A stretch of DNA of 64,000 bases from Waterburya sp. GTDB lineage: Bacteria > Cyanobacteriota > Cyanobacteriia > Cyanobacteriales > Xenococcaceae. Position 1 is the stretch's first letter. Each line of letters opens with the position of its first letter. Below the pieces are notes generated by a model, which did not search any database, was not told where the DNA came from, and saw only the letters and a list, made by a program, of their open reading frames with translations. Shown one piece after another: positions 1-11,332 of this stretch. The stretch is from the NCBI GenBank assembly GCA_965217895.1, contig CBDCJV010000002.1:3776001-3840000 (forward strand), written 5' to 3'. A program made the position numbers and the translations under genes.

Positions 1-419
1 TATGAAGATTTTATGAAGATAAGCTATTTTTTAGATTACTTGCTTGTGCTAAACAATATATAATTGTATATTATTAACATAATACATTTCTTAATTGACC
101 CATAATATATAGTGTAAAAATACTACAAAATAATGTAGGATTGGCAACATCAATCCATAGCTAAAGCTTAATTCAAATCTATTTAAGACTAGCCAAGAAT
201 ATTTTTATCGTTTTATCTTGCTGCTTACCACAGTAAGCAAATAGCAATTGTATATATCGCCAAAATATCTTAAATAATCCATAACGGTTAATAATTAAAT
301 TACGCTAAATTTATTTTTTATAAGTCAAGCTGAATTGGCATTTTTAAATAATAAAAATGTTTAGGTGCAATTAATTATGGTTTTCGACATTCATTAAGCT
401 AAGTATTTTTGTATTTAAA

Positions 420-1304
420 GTGAAAATTTATATTCCGCTTCTATATTCGGAGAAAGTAAAAAGACCAGATAGAAAATACTTCTTGAATAATATTATTGGA
501 GAAGATTTTTTAATTTTACTGCTATCCTTTGCTTATTCTAGTTCTCACCTATTGCTAGATATTGTTGGCTTATTCTTGTTGCAAATAGCCTTTTGGTGCA
601 TTTATGAACTAGGTTATATAGAAAATGACATAATTGGCGAAAAATTTGAGGATAGAGCCGTCCTCTCTTACAATTACAAATCCTATGAATACTCATTTAG
701 ACTTTGGCAGCCTTGGGTATGGTCTTTGGCACTATCTTTTTTCGGCATTCTTGCCATTTCTAAAGACCGGGGTGTTGAAAATAGCGCGGGAATAACAGCT
801 TTTCATGAATACGGTTATGACTTAAGCTGGATTTCTCAAGAATTAGCTTCCTGGATTATTTTTCTACTAGCCTTAAGGTTTTTATTCCACGTATATAACA
901 AGATCAATAAACAAAGCCGAGTTTGGTTTTATGTATTATTGCAAGCCTGTCGCTACTTTGGTTTTTTGGCAGTAATGACTACGAATACCGTGGGCTTGAT
1001 GCTCTTAGTTAGTATTATTATAATTCGCTCAATTCAGTACATATTATATCGCTATTTAGGCGGGAAAGATAGTAGCTGGCCAATGGATTTTCCCAAATAC
1101 TTTTTTTGCTTACTATTCTATCTTTTATTAATTGGTTCAATAGCTGCTAATGAACGTGACTTATCTTTAATTATGAACCCTCAAGTATTGTTGATTGCTG
1201 CTTTTTGCGTGCTAAGAGGTGCTAAGCATTTTTATAACGTTTTTGTTCATTTTCTGCCCGTAAGTAAAGATGGTTCTAGTCATGTTACCCTAACTAAAAA
1301 GTAA
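420..1304 (+). CDS. Polytopic membrane protein, UbiA-prenyltransferase-like (resembles the C-terminal half of cyanobacterial HAD-fused membrane proteins)
   Basis: 294 aa ORF with many hydrophobic helices and an acidic motif YELGYIEND; family assignment from memory. Confidence 0.55.
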   Translation: MKIYIPLLYSEKVKRPDRKYFLNNIIGEDFLILLLSFAYSSSHLLLDIVGLFLLQIAFWCIYELGYIENDIIGEKFEDRAVLSYNYKSYEYSFRLWQPWVWSLALSFFGILAISKDRGVENSAGITAFHEYGYDLSWISQELASWIIFLLALRFLFHVYNKINKQSRVWFYVLLQACRYFGFLAVMTTNTVGLMLLVSIIIIRSIQYILYRYLGGKDSSWPMDFPKYFFCLLFYLLLIGSIAANERDLSLIMNPQVLLIAAFCVLRGAKHFYNVFVHFLPVSKDGSSHVTLTKK

Positions 1305-1314
1305 AGTTATCTAA

Positions 1315-2733
1315 TTATGTTTTAGTTTGTAATCGATGAACTAAATCATTAAAAGGTTGCCAATTATTATCTTCACTAATAGCTTGCCATACGGATTCAA
1401 TAGCGGGACGTAGTAAAGCAGTAGGAGGATTGTAAAAAAACAAGCGACTTCCTATCTTTTCCATTTCTGCTGCTGGTAATTGATTTAAACATTTATGATA
1501 TAATTTACGCCAGCGATCGCTTATTTGCTGAGTAAAAGCAGCATTTTCTAAAATCAAATTACTGTCTTCTCGCCAACCATCGTTAAATTCTTCAGCTAAG
1601 GCAGTAAAAAAACCACGATAGCTAATATCAGTACTTTTCAATAGTTCAATAGTTTGAGTCAATAACTGAGAGTAAGATGGTTCAGAAAAAACTTCAAATC
1701 CTAGCTTTTGCAACATCAACTTTTGATAATGTTCTTGATAGCAATCATCAAACTGCGCTAATCCAGCCTCAAGCTCTACTTTGTCTGTAATCATTGCTAG
1801 AGGTAATTGCAGCATCTCTAAATTGAATTTACAGATATATGGTTGATTACCATAGCTGTAGCGTCCACCATAGTCAAAGCTAGCTGCTGTAAAACGATCA
1901 TCGTAGGTGGGAATAAAAGCATAAGGACCATAATCAAAGCTTTCCCCTGTAATTGACATATTATCGGTATTGAGTACGCCGTGGCAAAAGCCTGCTGCCA
2001 TCCATTGTGCTGCAAGTTGGGCAACTCTAAGGACTAATGCAGCGTAGAATTGGTGATATTTAGCTTCAGTATCGGCAATATCGCCATAGTAGGTGTCAAT
2101 AACGCTATCTAATAGTTTTCTAATCAAATCTGGACGCTGAAGATAGTGAAGTCTTTCAAATGTGCCAAAACGAATATGAGAACTACTAAATCTCACCATT
2201 ACCGATGATCGAGTCGGGGAAGGTTCATCACCACGCCATAAAGATTCTCCTGTTTCAGTTAAACTTAAACAACGAGAAGTTTTTACTCCTAATTGGTGTA
2301 GAGCCTCGGCTGCCAAAACTTCTCTCACTCCACCTTTGAGGGTTAGTTTACCATCGGCAGTACGAGAATAAGGGGTTCTGCCTGAGCCTTTAGTCCCCAG
2401 GTCATAGAGCTTACCGTTTTTTCCTCTTATCTGTCCGTATAGAAAGCCTCTACCATCACCTAAAAAAGGGTTGTACGCACCAAATTGATAACCGTGATAG
2501 CGTAAAGCTAAAAAAGGCTGTACTGCTGAGAATTTACCGAAAGCTTCAATAAAATCAGCATCGTTAACCTTGGCTGGCTGTAAACCTAATAAAGGCAACA
2601 ATGAATCGTTGCGAAAGCGTAACCAATGGGCAGGAAACTCATCTGCTGCCACTAGATCATAATAATCATCTCCCAAATTCTTCATCACTGGTTCATATTC
2701 AAGATCGAAGAAAGGATTGGGATTAATTTCCAT
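1315..2733 (-). CDS. selO: Protein adenylyltransferase SelO (YdiU family)
   Basis: Motifs [36 protein letters not shown]. Confidence 0.95.
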   Translation of the reverse strand: MEINPNPFFDLEYEPVMKNLGDDYYDLVAADEFPAHWLRFRNDSLLPLLGLQPAKVNDADFIEAFGKFSAVQPFLALRYHGYQFGAYNPFLGDGRGFLYGQIRGKNGKLYDLGTKGSGRTPYSRTADGKLTLKGGVREVLAAEALHQLGVKTSRCLSLTETGESLWRGDEPSPTRSSVMVRFSSSHIRFGTFERLHYLQRPDLIRKLLDSVIDTYYGDIADTEAKYHQFYAALVLRVAQLAAQWMAAGFCHGVLNTDNMSITGESFDYGPYAFIPTYDDRFTAASFDYGGRYSYGNQPYICKFNLEMLQLPLAMITDKVELEAGLAQFDDCYQEHYQKLMLQKLGFEVFSEPSYSQLLTQTIELLKSTDISYRGFFTALAEEFNDGWREDSNLILENAAFTQQISDRWRKLYHKCLNQLPAAEMEKIGSRLFFYNPPTALLRPAIESVWQAISEDNNWQPFNDLVHRLQTKT

Positions 2734-2821
2734 ATATATATAGTTACAAGATTAAACAATTAACTGGCTTTAGAATTAATGTATCGTCTAATCACTCAAT
2801 TCACTTAACTTATTTATCTCA

Positions 2822-3091
2822 ATGGTAGACCCTATTATGTATCAAGAGGATGGTTATGTTGTCCTCGAATCAGACCACTCAGAACAATTTATGACTGCTG
2901 AAGAATTAAAAGCCAAACTGGTTAATCTTTTGTTGTTAGAAGAAGTAATTATTCCTAGAGAATTAGAGCATTTTGATTCGCTGGAGTTGCAGGCACAGCA
3001 CTTGTTGGACAATTATTTTGAGTTAGATATAGGTGCGGATCAATATTTACAGTGGTACGTGGTGCGCATAAATAACGTAAGTTCGACATAA
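2822..3091 (+). CDS. Chlororespiratory reduction protein 7 (CRR7, NDH-1 assembly factor)
   Basis: MxDPIMYQEDxYVVLE...EQF and YLQWYVVR match the cyanobacterial CRR7 family. Confidence 0.85.
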   Translation: MVDPIMYQEDGYVVLESDHSEQFMTAEELKAKLVNLLLLEEVIIPRELEHFDSLELQAQHLLDNYFELDIGADQYLQWYVVRINNVSST

Positions 3092-3309
3092 TCTAATAAG
3101 ACAAAAGGTAAGATACAATACTTCAATGTTTCTCGCTCAAGCCTTGTTATTGATTGGTTAAGTAGTAGTTAGTAGGTAATTATTACCCAGACTAAGATCT
3201 ACCGAGCGCAATTGTTAACAGAGAAGTATTGAGGGAAGATACAATACTTTAAGACACTCTCTTGATTCAGTCGTTTTTGGCGGTGAATCTAACGTATGCA
3301 ATCAACCTA

Positions 3310-3681
3310 TTAAAATCTATATACGGGTGCTTTTATAGAGCGGTCTTTTACATCTCCTTGATTGCCCCAACTTCTTTTTATAATTACATCTTTTTTATCT
3401 GATTCCGAACCAGAAATATTATACTGACCTAATTTATTTAAATTGTTCTTTAAAGATTCAGATTCTGATGCGCTAGAAAAACCCCAGTTACTATTCCCAG
3501 CTTCGATACCCTTAAGATAACCATTAGGGGTTGAGTTACTGACAGGTGTAGTCAAATTCCCTGTGGATCGTGCAGGATTAGTCTGAGCATTTGCCTGTAG
3601 ACTATAAACGCCTGTTAAGAAAAAGCCTAAAGCGATCGCAATATATTTTTGTACAAACGTTGTATTGATAGTGTTAAGCAT
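3310..3681 (-). CDS. Hypothetical secreted protein
   Basis: 123 aa; signal-peptide-like N-terminus ending ANA-Q. Confidence 0.6.
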   Translation of the reverse strand: MLNTINTTFVQKYIAIALGFFLTGVYSLQANAQTNPARSTGNLTTPVSNSTPNGYLKGIEAGNSNWGFSSASESESLKNNLNKLGQYNISGSESDKKDVIIKRSWGNQGDVKDRSIKAPVYRF

Positions 3682-3833
3682 AAAAAGTATTTAATAGTTA
3701 GTATTAAGTATCTTAGAAATTTCTGTGGCTTATGACATCCCTATAAAGACATATTTTGCCATCTATCAAAAGTAGTAATCTTATAGCGGAATAAGACTAT
3801 CATCAACATAACTTGCTACATTGCTAGCGAATC

Positions 3834-4703
3834 CTAAGAAACATCAGTTAAATTTTTATTTAGAAAATCAATAGTTTCTGTCCATGCTTTTTCCGCAGCT
3901 TCAGGGACATAGTTTTGACCAGAGGGGTTAGCAAAAGCATGACCGGCATGGTCATAAATTTTGATATCTGCCTCTTTACCCAGTTTATTTAAAGTAGATT
4001 CTAGTTTTTTTACTTTAGCTACGGGAATTGACTTATCTTCTGCCCCAAATATGCCTAAAATAGGCATTTCTAAGGTTGCTAATTGTTTTTCGGTAGCCGT
4101 ATTAATCTTTCCACCATAGTAAATCACTGCTGCATCAAGCTCTTGGGGAAATAGCAAAGCGGTTTCTAATGACCAACTACCACCAAAACACCAGCCAATA
4201 GAAGCAATTTTAGGTGCTTGCTTTTCCTTTGTTAAAAAATTGTAGGCTTTTGTAATATTTGCCTCTGCACCTAAAGGATTGCCTGTTACCTCAAGTACTA
4301 ACTGTGTGGCTTTTTCTGGAGTTTTTGCTATTTGACCGTTATATAAATCTACCGCCAAAACCTGATAACCTTCTCCTGCTAACCTTCGCGTCATCGCCTT
4401 AATATTTTCGTTTAATCCCCACCATTCATGAATAGCTAGGATTCCAGGTAAAGGCTTGGTGCTATCTTTTGGGTAGGCGTAATAGCCATTGATAGCTTTT
4501 CCGTCTATGGTGACGTATTTTACGGTTTTTACGACTACAGGTGCTTTTGGCTCAACCATGGCGATCGCTGTAGGACTAGGATAGTCATGGCGATGAGTGG
4601 CTAGAAGCGCGTCTGGCTTAACTAAGCCTAGCCCTAAACTTATGAGTAACGTAGCTAAAAAAATTACTCTTAGAACCAACTTCTGTTTACTAAATCTGCC
4701 CAT
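3834..4703 (-). CDS. Dienelactone hydrolase family protein with N-terminal signal/TM segment (ORF track extends to 4757)
   Basis: IHEWWGLN, GWCFGG nucleophile elbow, AGHAFAN; ATG at 4703 preferred. Confidence 0.92.
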   Translation of the reverse strand: MGRFSKQKLVLRVIFLATLLISLGLGLVKPDALLATHRHDYPSPTAIAMVEPKAPVVVKTVKYVTIDGKAINGYYAYPKDSTKPLPGILAIHEWWGLNENIKAMTRRLAGEGYQVLAVDLYNGQIAKTPEKATQLVLEVTGNPLGAEANITKAYNFLTKEKQAPKIASIGWCFGGSWSLETALLFPQELDAAVIYYGGKINTATEKQLATLEMPILGIFGAEDKSIPVAKVKKLESTLNKLGKEADIKIYDHAGHAFANPSGQNYVPEAAEKAWTETIDFLNKNLTDVS

Positions 4704-4785
4704 GGTTTTTTTGTGTACAAACATAGTCATGTTATCTGCTTTTCTAACCAGAAACAAATAAATTTCATAGATACGATACGAAAAT

Positions 4786-4967
4786 ATCCGAATAGCGATC
4801 GCCTGCTACAGCTCTTTGGGGGCAAAGGCTTCAATTTGCTCTTTTTCCTTTTATGTCAGAGAAATTTCGGCGGTAGCAACATTTTCCTCTAGATACTGAC
4901 GCTGTTTAGTACCAGGAATCGTCACTATGTCTTTCCCTTGAGCTAGTAACCAGGCGATCGCTAATTG
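4786..4967 (-). pseudogene. C-terminal fragment of an aldo/keto reductase
   Basis: Reads [69 protein letters not shown]; internal stop at 4851-4853; no 5' part. Confidence 0.85.
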
Positions 4968-4978
4968 ACGAAATCTAA

Positions 4979-6568
4979 TTACCTTGTTCTATAGGTTCGA
5001 TAATTTATATTAGGGAAAATATTATCAATTTTCTCGACTTTTTCTAACCAACCAGAATCAACTTTGCCAATCAAAATATCATCGTAAATTTTATTAAAGC
5101 GAAGCAAATGCGATCGCGTTCTACGGATAGCATAAGGTACCATTGTCCCTGTCCGCATAATAAATGCCCAATCAGAAGACTGTGCCAACAGCACTTCTCT
5201 GGCAGCTTGGTTTAAAGCTCGCCATTCTAATTCGTCAGCAGGTTCACGATTGGCTAGCTGAATCATTCTTTCCGCTGCTTTGTGCAAATGAGGATATACC
5301 CAGGCGTTCGTCTCATTTAACCAATACTCATGGAATCCTTTATATCCCCAGCTAGACTGAGAAGGACGACAAACTTGTTGGTTCGGCTGTTGTTGTAGAT
5401 ATTCAGACAGATTAGTCATTTGGTAGGTATCTTGATCGTACCAACTCTTACGAAAGAGAAAATCAAGAAACTGAGGTCCTTCGTACCACCAGTGACCAAA
5501 TAGCTCAGCGTCATAAGGAGAAACTACAATCGGTGGACGCTGTAGCATTGAATTTAAATTGCCAATTTGCTGCTGGCGATTATACATAAAATTGCTGGCG
5601 TGTTCGGCTGCTTTCTCTCTTGCCCAATAAGGATCGTAAAGACCTTTTTCGGATAATCCTCCATCACGACTAGTAATTTTGTGATATTTGATCCCCGTGT
5701 TTTTCCTTTGACCGTTAGGCATGATATAAGGCTTAATATACTCATATTCCGCTTCCCAGCCCAAATCTTTATAGAATTCGCGATATTCAATCGCCCCTGG
5801 ATAACCTACTTTAGAAGACCAGACTTGCTGGGAAGATTCATGATCGCGACCAAAAGCAGCTACTCCAGTTTCCGTATAAATTGGAGCGTAAGAGCCATAG
5901 CGAGGACGAGGGCGAGCGTAGAGAATACCATGTCCATCAGTTAAAAAGTAACGCAAGCCAGCATCGGCAAGCATTCTTTCCAAGCCTTCATAATAAGCAC
6001 ATTCTGGTAGCCAAATTCCTTTTGGTGGACGACCAAAATTTTCCTCATAATGTTCGCAAGCCACTTTGATTTGCGACCAGACGGCTTGGGGATACATCTT
6101 CATCAAAGGAAGATAACCGTGAGTAGCACCACAGGTAATAATATCAAGGTTGCCACTATCGAGAAACTGTTTAAATGCCCCTACTAAATCGCGATCGTAA
6201 CTTGACCAAGTTTTGCGTATTTGACTAAAAGAATTAGCGTAATATTCAGCCAAATAGAGCATATGACCATTATGCTGGTGACGCTCAATTTCTTTATCGA
6301 TCAATTCTTGGAGTTGAGCAAGATGATCGTCATAACGGTCTTGCAATAATTCGTCCCGTAACATCGACACCAAAGGCGGTGTCATACTCATAGTCATTTT
6401 AAAATCGACCCCATCTCGCTTCAAGTTTTCAAATACCTGAAGCAAGGGAACATAGGTTTCGGTTATGGCTTCAAACAACCATTCTTCTTCCAAGACAAAA
6501 TCGCTTTCTGGATGTCGGACGAAAGGTAAGTGAGCGTGTAAGACAAGAGCAAGGTAACCAAGAGCCAT
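4979..6568 (-). CDS. Glycoside hydrolase family 57 (DUF1957) 1,4-alpha-glucan branching enzyme-like protein
   Basis: [38 protein letters not shown]. Confidence 0.95.
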   Translation of the reverse strand: MALGYLALVLHAHLPFVRHPESDFVLEEEWLFEAITETYVPLLQVFENLKRDGVDFKMTMSMTPPLVSMLRDELLQDRYDDHLAQLQELIDKEIERHQHNGHMLYLAEYYANSFSQIRKTWSSYDRDLVGAFKQFLDSGNLDIITCGATHGYLPLMKMYPQAVWSQIKVACEHYEENFGRPPKGIWLPECAYYEGLERMLADAGLRYFLTDGHGILYARPRPRYGSYAPIYTETGVAAFGRDHESSQQVWSSKVGYPGAIEYREFYKDLGWEAEYEYIKPYIMPNGQRKNTGIKYHKITSRDGGLSEKGLYDPYWAREKAAEHASNFMYNRQQQIGNLNSMLQRPPIVVSPYDAELFGHWWYEGPQFLDFLFRKSWYDQDTYQMTNLSEYLQQQPNQQVCRPSQSSWGYKGFHEYWLNETNAWVYPHLHKAAERMIQLANREPADELEWRALNQAAREVLLAQSSDWAFIMRTGTMVPYAIRRTRSHLLRFNKIYDDILIGKVDSGWLEKVEKIDNIFPNINYRTYRTR

Positions 6569-6983
6569 GATAATGTAATATTTCTAAAAATCTTTTATTC
6601 AGAGGCTGTAAACTTTTAGCGTTAGACTTCAAGACTTCCGTTAAATCGTTAGCTAGACGATTAACGATTTCTTATTAATGATGAACGGTAATTCACCATT
6701 GATTTTCAGCCTAGAGGTTAAGGCTTAGAGCTTAAAGCTGTCGAAGACCTAAATTAAGGAACTAAGGCAATCTGGGTAAATTTTATGATATCTTAATAGT
6801 GTCTTTAGAAAAAGTTTAGCTTATAGATAGACTACCTTTTAATAGTGGACGTTTCCTAAGTAATTATTGCTTTTTAGCAGACCAAAAATCTTAAGATAAC
6901 TCACTGTTTTTTCAAGATTAGAAAACAACCGTCATGTCTGCTGTATTTTTGATCTATAAAAGTAGAGGCTTGGGTAATATGTA

Positions 6984-8180
6984 TTGGGTTTTCGTAATCT
7001 AGTGTTGCAATCTAATCAGCAATATTTTGACCATCAGAAGAATAGCGTTGAGGAACTATCCCTTCAACTATTACTGTTCGTAGATAAACGCTCATCTTCA
7101 CAAAAGCAGGTGCGGAAAATTAGAACTTGCTTAGAAAATTTACGCTCTGAATACTTTTTTAAGCTAGAGGTAATTGAAATTGAAAAACAGCCACACCTTG
7201 TCGAATATTTAAAGCTAGTTGCTACTCCTGCTCTAGTAAAAATATCCCCCAAACCGAGGCAAACCTTAGCTGGAGGTAATTTAATCGAGCAATTAGAGAA
7301 ATGGTGGCCAAAATGGCAAGCTGCTCAAGAAGAATTGAAAGTTACTAGTAGTCATAGGTTGTTAGAAAGTTTTTCTACTCAAGGCATAAATCAAGAAGTC
7401 AACTATGCAGAAAAAATTCAGCTAAAGGATGAAATTTTTGCTTTAAAGCAGGAAAGGGAAGAATTTATGGCTCAACTACGATTTAAAGACCAAATTTTAG
7501 CTATATTAGCTCATGATCTGCGTACACCTCTAACAGCAGCGTCAATGGCAGTAGAAACCTTGGAATTATCTGAGCAGAATGAACAGTTAGAAGCAGAAAA
7601 GCGCAAATATTTGCAGCAAAAACTGTTTAGACACGCCAAAAATCAGTTTGCCATTATGGATAGTATGATTAGCGAATTATTACAAAGTTCGCAAAATATA
7701 AATGCCAAGCTACAGATAAATCCTAGCTCTGTAGACCTTAAACAACTATGCCAAGAGGTTGTTTCCCAGTTCGATTCTAGACTTTTAGAAAAGTCAATGG
7801 TTTTAAAAAAAGATATTCCTCAAGATATTCCTTGTGTATATGCTGATGAAGAACTAATCCGACAGCTAATTAGTAACCTAATAGACAACGCTATCAAATA
7901 CACTCCAGACAAAGGACAAATATCTTTATCTGTCTTGCATCGCACGAATCAAAAAGTTCATGTAAGTATAAGCGATACTGGACCAGGTATTCCTCCAGAA
8001 ACAAGGAAGCAAATATTTGAAGATAATTTTCGTTTGCAGCGCGATCGCGATCAAGAAGGCTACGGCATTGGTTTAGCAATGTGTCATCAAATTGTCTGCG
8101 CTCACCACGGTAAAATTTGGGTTGAAAGTTCCCCCGAAAACGGTAGCTGTTTTCAATTTACATTACTAGTTTATAAGTAG
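6984..8180 (+). CDS. sasA: Circadian adaptive-response histidine kinase SasA (start may be GTG 7002)
   Basis: N-terminal KaiB-like domain (LLLFVD...LVATPALVKI.P.PRQTLAG), HisKA (AHDLRTPLT), HATPase. Confidence 0.93.
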   Translation: MGFRNLVLQSNQQYFDHQKNSVEELSLQLLLFVDKRSSSQKQVRKIRTCLENLRSEYFFKLEVIEIEKQPHLVEYLKLVATPALVKISPKPRQTLAGGNLIEQLEKWWPKWQAAQEELKVTSSHRLLESFSTQGINQEVNYAEKIQLKDEIFALKQEREEFMAQLRFKDQILAILAHDLRTPLTAASMAVETLELSEQNEQLEAEKRKYLQQKLFRHAKNQFAIMDSMISELLQSSQNINAKLQINPSSVDLKQLCQEVVSQFDSRLLEKSMVLKKDIPQDIPCVYADEELIRQLISNLIDNAIKYTPDKGQISLSVLHRTNQKVHVSISDTGPGIPPETRKQIFEDNFRLQRDRDQEGYGIGLAMCHQIVCAHHGKIWVESSPENGSCFQFTLLVYK

Positions 8181-8377
8181 TTTTCTCCTCTATGACTAGA
8201 AAAAGCCATCGTTTTTTCTGGTTGATTTTACCTTTTATAGTTCTGTGTAACTTTAATTTATGCAGTTTTTAATTTTTTACTTGCTATAATCCTTGCAGAA
8301 TTTAGCTCAAAAATCATACTGCTATTTTTTCATTAATCCAACTCACACAATTTTTATGTTAAATCAACAGCATATCT

Positions 8378-9367
8378 ATGTCTTCAGCAACTTTTCAGGA
8401 TAGACAAGTTAAATACTCTATCGTCATTCCCATTTTCAACGAAGAAGCAATCCTACCCGAATTATGGCGACAATTAAGCATAGTCATCGATCAGCTTGAC
8501 GGTTTATGGGAGATCATTTTTGTAGATGATGGTAGTAGCGATAATTCCTATCAGATACTATCAGAATTACACCGTGAACACAGCGAAATTAAAATTCTTC
8601 GCCTCTCTAGAAATTTTGGACATCAACCTGCTTTAACTGCGGGAATTAAAAACGCATCAGGTAATGCTGTGATTTTGATGGATGGAGATCTTCAAGATTC
8701 GCCTCAGACAATTTTAAGATTTATCGATAAATGGCACGAGGGTTACGATGTTATTTATGCTGTACGGGAAAAACGCAAAGAATCTTGGTTGAAAAGATTG
8801 GCTTTTGTATCTTTTTATCGTCTGTTAAACTTCTTCTCAGGACAAAAACTGCCTCTAGACGCAGGTATTTTTTCTTTGATGGATCGTCAGGTAGTAGAAG
8901 CTTTATGCCAAATGCCTGAACGCAATCGCTATCTCAGTGGCTTAAGAGCTTATACAGGTTTCAAACAAACAGGAATTATGGTAGAAAGAGGATCTCGGTA
9001 TAGAGGTGAACCTAAAGTCACTATCACTAAGCTATTTAAATTAGCATTTGACGGCATCTTTTCTTTCTCAATTATTCCTCTAAGGATCGCCACTATCTTT
9101 GGTTTTGTCTGCGCCATTGTGGCTTTTGTACTAGGGTTGATTGGCTTATATTTTAAACTTATTTTGGGTAAGACCTTTTTGTCTTGGACTTACGGATTAA
9201 CCACCACTTTTTTTATGGGTGGAATACAGCTAATCTTTCTCGGAATTATTGGCGAGTATATTGGTCGTATTTATGACGAGGTAAAGCAAAGACCTTATTA
9301 CTTAATCAAAGAGACTCAGGGTTTTAGTAAATCGGAGCAAAGAATACATGAAAAAATTTCCCTTTAA
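8378..9367 (+). CDS. GT2 glycosyltransferase, GtrB/ArnC-like polyprenol-phosphate sugar transferase
   Basis: VDDGSSD, SRNFGHQ, MDGDLQD, two C-terminal TM helices, IGRIYDEVKQRP. Confidence 0.92.
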   Translation: MSSATFQDRQVKYSIVIPIFNEEAILPELWRQLSIVIDQLDGLWEIIFVDDGSSDNSYQILSELHREHSEIKILRLSRNFGHQPALTAGIKNASGNAVILMDGDLQDSPQTILRFIDKWHEGYDVIYAVREKRKESWLKRLAFVSFYRLLNFFSGQKLPLDAGIFSLMDRQVVEALCQMPERNRYLSGLRAYTGFKQTGIMVERGSRYRGEPKVTITKLFKLAFDGIFSFSIIPLRIATIFGFVCAIVAFVLGLIGLYFKLILGKTFLSWTYGLTTTFFMGGIQLIFLGIIGEYIGRIYDEVKQRPYYLIKETQGFSKSEQRIHEKISL

Positions 9368-11093
9368 ATTATTGGCAATTATTCCAGCTTTAATCTTAGG
9401 ACTGTTAGTTTGGAAATATGGGTTAAATATTCTATTTTGGGACGAATGGGATATATTTGGTGCAGATTCAGTTGCACACAATTTAGGCACTCTTACCTGG
9501 GGTGATATGTTTGCCCAGCATAATGAAAGCCGTAATTTTTTTCCTCGCTTATTATCTGCTTATTTCTCTCGCTTTACTAGCTGGAATCCTTACTACGGAA
9601 TGACAGCTAGCATTTTACTTGCTTGTCTGACTTCATTTAATATTTATCATTTAAGCACAATAACTTTAAATAGTACCTGGACAAAGAGACTAATTCTTTT
9701 GGCGATGGCTAATTTATTGATTTTTAGCCCTATGCAATGGGAGAATTGGCTTTGGGGATTGCAGTGGATTACCTTTGTGCCTATTGCTGTAATTACATCT
9801 GCCTTGGCGATTATTTTTTCGCAAAATTCTCTGTTTATTAAATTTCTTAGTAGCTTATTATTAGCAATATTTGCTACCTTTTCTTTTGCCAATGGCATGA
9901 TTAGCTGGATTGTTATTTTTCCAGCCTTAATTTTAGTTACTAGAAAAAGCAAAAGTGCTTTAACCTTGATGACCTCTGGTTGGTTATTTTCGTCTGCTTT
10001 AGCTTTTGCAGTTTATTTTCACAACTATCATCGCCCAGCTAATAGTCCTGGCTTTTTCGATGCCTTGACTCAACCTATTAATGTCATACTCTATTTCTTA
10101 GCATTTCTTGGTTCTCCTTTGGGAGTTAATGACTTAGTTTCCAGCCAAATTATCGGACTTTGCATCCTATTCCTAATTGCTTTAGTTTGTTTCTACTTAA
10201 TCAAAATAAATCGTAGCGAAAAACTTTTATTTCAGGTATTTCCCTGGTTGTGCATTGTTAGTTACACCTTGGGGAGTGCAATTTTGACCACTATGGGCAG
10301 ATTAGGACTGGGAATGGAATTATCGCTTTCTTCTAGGTACATTACCTTTTCTACCTATGCCATTGTTGCTCTAATTTATTTGTTAGCTATTTTGGCAGAA
10401 GATTTAAAGCCTCATTTAAATATTCAAGGCAGTAGATATTTAAAAACGCTGAAAAGAATTATCACTGTATCAATGATCGGTTTTTTGCTACTTTATCCTG
10501 CCAATTTTACCTCAGGTGTCAGTGCAATGGTCGTCAATCATAAAAACAAGCTTTATGCCAAAGCCTGCTTAAGTATGATGTATTTTGTCAAAGATGAGGA
10601 ATGTTTTAAACAATATCTTTTTCCCGATCCTATATTTTTGTCTGACAGGATAGTTGAACTCGATCGCTTGGGCATAATACAGCCGCCTTTAATTCTCAGC
10701 AACACAATGCAAGGAATGACAAGTCCCAGCATTTTTGAGGCAATGAAATACGGTCAGTTTGATGGTATTACTAAAGGTGAAAATAATACCTATATTGCAA
10801 CTGGATGGTCTATTCTTCCTCAATATCGTACTGCTGCTCATGCTGTTATTTTGGCATATAAAACCCCAGATAATCTCGATTATCCCTTTGCTTTAGTACA
10901 ACCTCAGATCGAAAGGTTAGATGTAGCGGCTGAAGTAGGGGACTCAAAATATCAAATTTCAGGCTGGAGCAAGACTTTTCCTCAGGATTTGATTCCCAAA
11001 GACGCAGTTGCAGTAAGTGCTTGGGCTTATGATAGTAGAGTTGGCAGAGCTTATAAAATACAGCTTACCCATCCAGTTAATCCCCTTAAATAG
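9348..11093 (+). CDS. Polytopic membrane protein, probable GT-C-type glycosyltransferase
   Basis: Overlaps the GT2 gene by 20 nt; WDEW and QHNESR in the first loop, about 12 TM helices, soluble C-terminal domain. Confidence 0.6.
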   Translation: MKKFPFKLLAIIPALILGLLVWKYGLNILFWDEWDIFGADSVAHNLGTLTWGDMFAQHNESRNFFPRLLSAYFSRFTSWNPYYGMTASILLACLTSFNIYHLSTITLNSTWTKRLILLAMANLLIFSPMQWENWLWGLQWITFVPIAVITSALAIIFSQNSLFIKFLSSLLLAIFATFSFANGMISWIVIFPALILVTRKSKSALTLMTSGWLFSSALAFAVYFHNYHRPANSPGFFDALTQPINVILYFLAFLGSPLGVNDLVSSQIIGLCILFLIALVCFYLIKINRSEKLLFQVFPWLCIVSYTLGSAILTTMGRLGLGMELSLSSRYITFSTYAIVALIYLLAILAEDLKPHLNIQGSRYLKTLKRIITVSMIGFLLLYPANFTSGVSAMVVNHKNKLYAKACLSMMYFVKDEECFKQYLFPDPIFLSDRIVELDRLGIIQPPLILSNTMQGMTSPSIFEAMKYGQFDGITKGENNTYIATGWSILPQYRTAAHAVILAYKTPDNLDYPFALVQPQIERLDVAAEVGDSKYQISGWSKTFPQDLIPKDAVAVSAWAYDSRVGRAYKIQLTHPVNPLK

Positions 11094-11332
11094 ACTTGAC
11101 TTATATTTATCATAAATGTGAGTTTGGCGATCGCAATTTGGTCTATAAAGCTAATAAATCTTGCCTATTGGTTTTTGTCTTTCTTATCCCAAACTCACAT
11201 CATATTAATTATTTCTTAATTTTTTTAAGTCAAATTTAAATTTGTAGGTATCCTGAATACAAAATTGCTTAAAAGCAAGCAAAATAAATGAATCTTATTC
11301 AACTGACTTCAATAAACACAAAATAAAATTTC

